A stretch of DNA of 64,000 nt. Origin: Vezdaea acicularis (lineage: Eukaryota). The first letter of the stretch is position 1, and each line of letters opens with the position of its first letter. The DNA lies in NCBI GenBank assembly GCA_026025075.1, contig JAPEUI010000077.1, forward strand, positions 1-64,000, in the 5' to 3' direction. Below the pieces are notes generated by a model. That model was not told the DNA's origin, ran no database searches, and saw nothing but the letters and a program-made list of their open reading frames with translations. A program made the translations under genes and the position numbers. Positions 60,957 to 64,000 of this stretch are shown here, one piece after another.

Positions 60957-61863
60957 TACGTACCGCTTAGTCCGGGCTCGCTTATAGAGGCGAGCCCCCG
61001 TAACCGCAGCTCAGCGGCTTCGCAACTACACAGGCAAGACGAAAGGATCGGCGCGATGCGCTTGAAGCGCTTGAAGCGCTTGCAGTATCGCCCGATGCTT
61101 GGGGCGACCGGCCGGCACGATACGCTTGTGAGCGCTTCAAGCGCTCACAAGCCTCGCCGGGCGAGCGCGACAAAGCGGTGAGGGGACTTGAGGCGCTTGA
61201 ACCGCAGGCTGCTCAAATGCCACCGGTGGCTAAAGGCCCCATGGCTTTTCGAATAGGCGATGGAGGGCCCATCATCCGCCTTTAGGTGAAGGCGCTCGCT
61301 TAGCGAGACCGCATGCCAAGGGTGGGGTTTTTTTGTCACCCGCGTGCCGCGTCCCCCAGATCAAGTTGGAGCTATTTGATGGTAGACTTCTTCCGTCGTC
61401 TGACGTGATCTGCTCATGTAGAGTACTTGACAATACTTTGCGGTTGGCATGATACAAGGTCTCCGAGAAATGGCACAAGCATAAAACCACCAGATCACAC
61501 GGCGCTCACCTGATCATATATTTCTTCCGTTGTCTCGTATGCCATCAACCTGGGAAAGGCTGAGTATTTCATCTCCTTACTCCATCGTGATGGAGAATGA
61601 GGCGCACTCAACTCGAGCTCAACGTGATTGGACGTTTTGGTTATGCTGCAGCAAGGTAGATGCCTTACAGCCTTGTGTGCGGCCTCGCTGCGGTTGCAAG
61701 GCTGAGGGAACCAAACTCCCACTTTTGTTTGTCTTGAATAAGAGGGTATTAAGACTCTTATTTTCTCTTTCATCTTCTAGTGTTTTGCTTGCGACTCTTC
61801 TCATTTCTTGTTCGAGGCATGAGAGTTTGTTTCGCGTTTGTCTGACTCTCCACGCTCGCCGCG

Positions 61864-64000
61864 ATGGTTTCGCATAGTCCTTCGCGGGAAAGGCATGATG
61901 CGGAGTCGCATCAGTCAAAGCAATTGGTTTGTTATATTTGCGGAAAAGATGTAGAACGACTTGGACGCTATGAGGGGCCCGACACGACTGAGTTCCCATT
62001 CGAGTTGCCCCAACGTATCCGATGCCTTGCTTGCAAATCTTTTCCATTCGACCTCCAGGAAAAGATGGCTATACCTACAGCGGGCTCTACGAAAGCTCAG
62101 ACCGGAGAACCGGCGGCTAAAAACAACGTTTCTGATGGTCGCTCTGGCAAGCTCAAGACACAAGATGATACTAAAGGTACCCTCAATTGGTACTGCGTAA
62201 GCAATCAGCATCTGTATAACCCTAACGAAGCTACTAAGCTTGATATAGTGCCAGTGTGGAGATGGAGGTTGGTCCCTCACATTCGACATTCAATGTCCCT
62301 CGTACATGTGCGGCCATTTCCGTTGCGGAGGTTGCAAATACGGTAAGCTGAATCATACCTTGTTAATATGGCGGCAGAGATTGAATATTGACTGCATTTA
62401 GTAAGGACGTCGGATCCAATCCAGAACTTGGAGGTATCCCAGAAGTTGATGGAGAACGTGGAGGATGATACTCGGGAGGGGTTTGAGTCATTGCAAGTTG
62501 AGGAAATGATTGAGGCCGTGATGAATGCCGGAGGAAGCGCATCAAGAGTAATGTGGGATAGAGCAGACGATACCAAGCCGTCGAAAACCGCCTCCAAACG
62601 TTCAAGTCAAAGCGCTCCTAGGGACAAGAGTACAGGACATACCACGTTTGATATACGCGAGTGGCAAGTTGAGAGAGACTCCTCAACCATAGAAAAGTCC
62701 TTACAAGATTCATGGCCCCCTACAGATGAGCACGATCTTATTGCTGGGAAGATGGCTGTACCCAAGGAACAAAGAAGGAACAGCATTTGGGCAGAGTCTC
62801 CTCATTTAGACACCGAGGACGAAGTCGGAACTACGGTAGAAACTACAGATCCAATCCATACGGAAACCCTACGAGACGGAGAAGGCTCTTCATCAGCAGC
62901 GGAAAAGGAAACGATTGATAAGGCGATAAGTCGTAACATTGCTGGCACTAGCTTCCTCCAAGCTGTTCAGGGGGGCCAACCTGGTGCCGAGAAACAAGGG
63001 CCGGTCGAGTTCAACCATGCGCTTAGCTATGTGAACAAGGTCAAAAACCGATTTGCTGCGCATCCTGAGATCTACAAGCAGTTCCTTGAGATTCTTCAAA
63101 TATACCAATGGGAAGGCAAGCCTATACAGGACGTCTATGCGCAGGTTACACAGCTATTCAGCTCTGCCCCAGATTTGCTTGAAGATTTCAAACAATTCTT
63201 GCCAGAATCTGCAGCTCAAGCTGCTGCAAGACAAGCTGCGGAAGATGCATCTATACTCAGCAATTTAAGAGGAGGCGACCAACTTCACCCCCCCGGTAGC
63301 CAAGCAACTCTGTCTCAACATGCCCTAGGTATGCTTGAAGATTTCAAACAATTCTTGCTAGAATCTGCAGCTCAAGCTGCTGCAAGACAAGCTGCGGAAG
63401 ATGCATCTATACTCAGCAATTTAAGAGGAGGCGACCAACTTTACCCCCCCGGTAGCCAAGCAACTCAGTCTCAACATGCCCCATCACAGCGAAGTGACAT
63501 GAAGATGCCTCCTGTTGGTAACTTTGCAGCCACACTTAGAGATCAGGGCAAGCTAGACGAGGCAGCGTTAATGCAGATAGGTGTACTGGAGAAGATGACA
63601 AAAAACCTTGGCGGAGAGCATTCCAAAACCATCTTAGCAATGGACAACCTTGCAGACGACAAGCTTTTTGAAAAGCCATCTCCCGAGATATCAAACGCTT
63701 TCGGGCATTTCCCAAAAGTACATGATGTGGAAGCTGCTCCTCCATTGTTCAAACCTGGAGACACATCCATACTACAAGTACCTCATGCTCACAGCACAGT
63801 CGGTTTGCGGCAAGATCCACCACTGCACCTTGTTCCAAACGAATTCAATATCTTGCTGTCTACATCTGGCAACAAAGATATTGGAATGGACCTTGGCGAA
63901 TTGAGAATGCCCATCGGAAACGATCAACTGTTAGCCGTATCTGCAGCTGAGAGCCAAAGATCAAGTGACAATCAGGCTTCTCCTAATCAGGATCCATTTA
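61864..64000 (+). CDS. Mosaic protein: Cys-rich Zn ribbon, Sin3 PAH2-like segment, single TPR repeat (partial, runs off the window end)
   Basis: Exons 61864-62196, 62249-62342 and 62402->64000 with GT-AG introns in compatible phase; last exon stop-free for ~530 codons. Confidence 0.8.
63176..63481 (+). repeat. Tandem duplication, 150-bp copies at 156-bp period, in frame
   Basis: 63176-63325 vs 63332-63481, three substitutions. Confidence 0.95.

Larger units (their letters stand above)
59985..61205. repeat. Degenerate array of the palindromic motif AGCGCTTGAAGCGCT, interrupted by the MITE dimer
   Basis: About ten or more variants at 59995-60432 and 61058-61203, often preceded by GGCARGACGAG. 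Confidence 0.8.

Noticed and set aside
62217..62226. TAACCCTAAC, resembling a telomerase RNA template
   Set aside because: Lies in a 52-nt intron of a protein gene; I saw no such template in the long intergenic regions.
53400..64000. Starship or autonomous transposon
   Set aside because: No tyrosine recombinase (DUF3435), DDE transposase, RT or Rep/Hel ORF visible; cannot be excluded beyond the window edge.

Overview
Eukaryotic DNA from a filamentous ascomycete (Pezizomycotina-type GT-AG introns with CTRAC branch sites). Positions 1 to ~49 kb are a dense housekeeping block: STB3, TOP3, DUF1295, m-AAA protease, AtrR-like Zn2Cys6 factor, yippee, KH protein, PAS kinase, SPOUT methyltransferase, SPC19, ATP18, CWC25, CSN2, otubain, RHO3, MGR2, VPS64/SLMAP, tRNA-Arg(CCG), RPT5 and CLG1. 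After a gene-less GC-rich stretch (~49.4-53.4 kb) the window becomes accessory, with degenerate motif arrays showing RIP-like transitions, an intact NACHT-ankyrin NLR, MITEs (including a 472-bp palindromic MITE dimer) and an intact mosaic gene. Two observations stand out. (1) The mosaic gene joins in frame a Zn-ribbon, a near-verbatim Sin3 PAH2 segment and one NLR-type TPR repeat. (2) At the yippee/KH locus, predicted splicing gives a stop-start relay (yippee TAG-G-ATG, 21-codon ORF, TAG|ATG of KH) across an intron carrying seven YCAY repeats. Family calls come from recognised motifs and hand translation; no database search was run.
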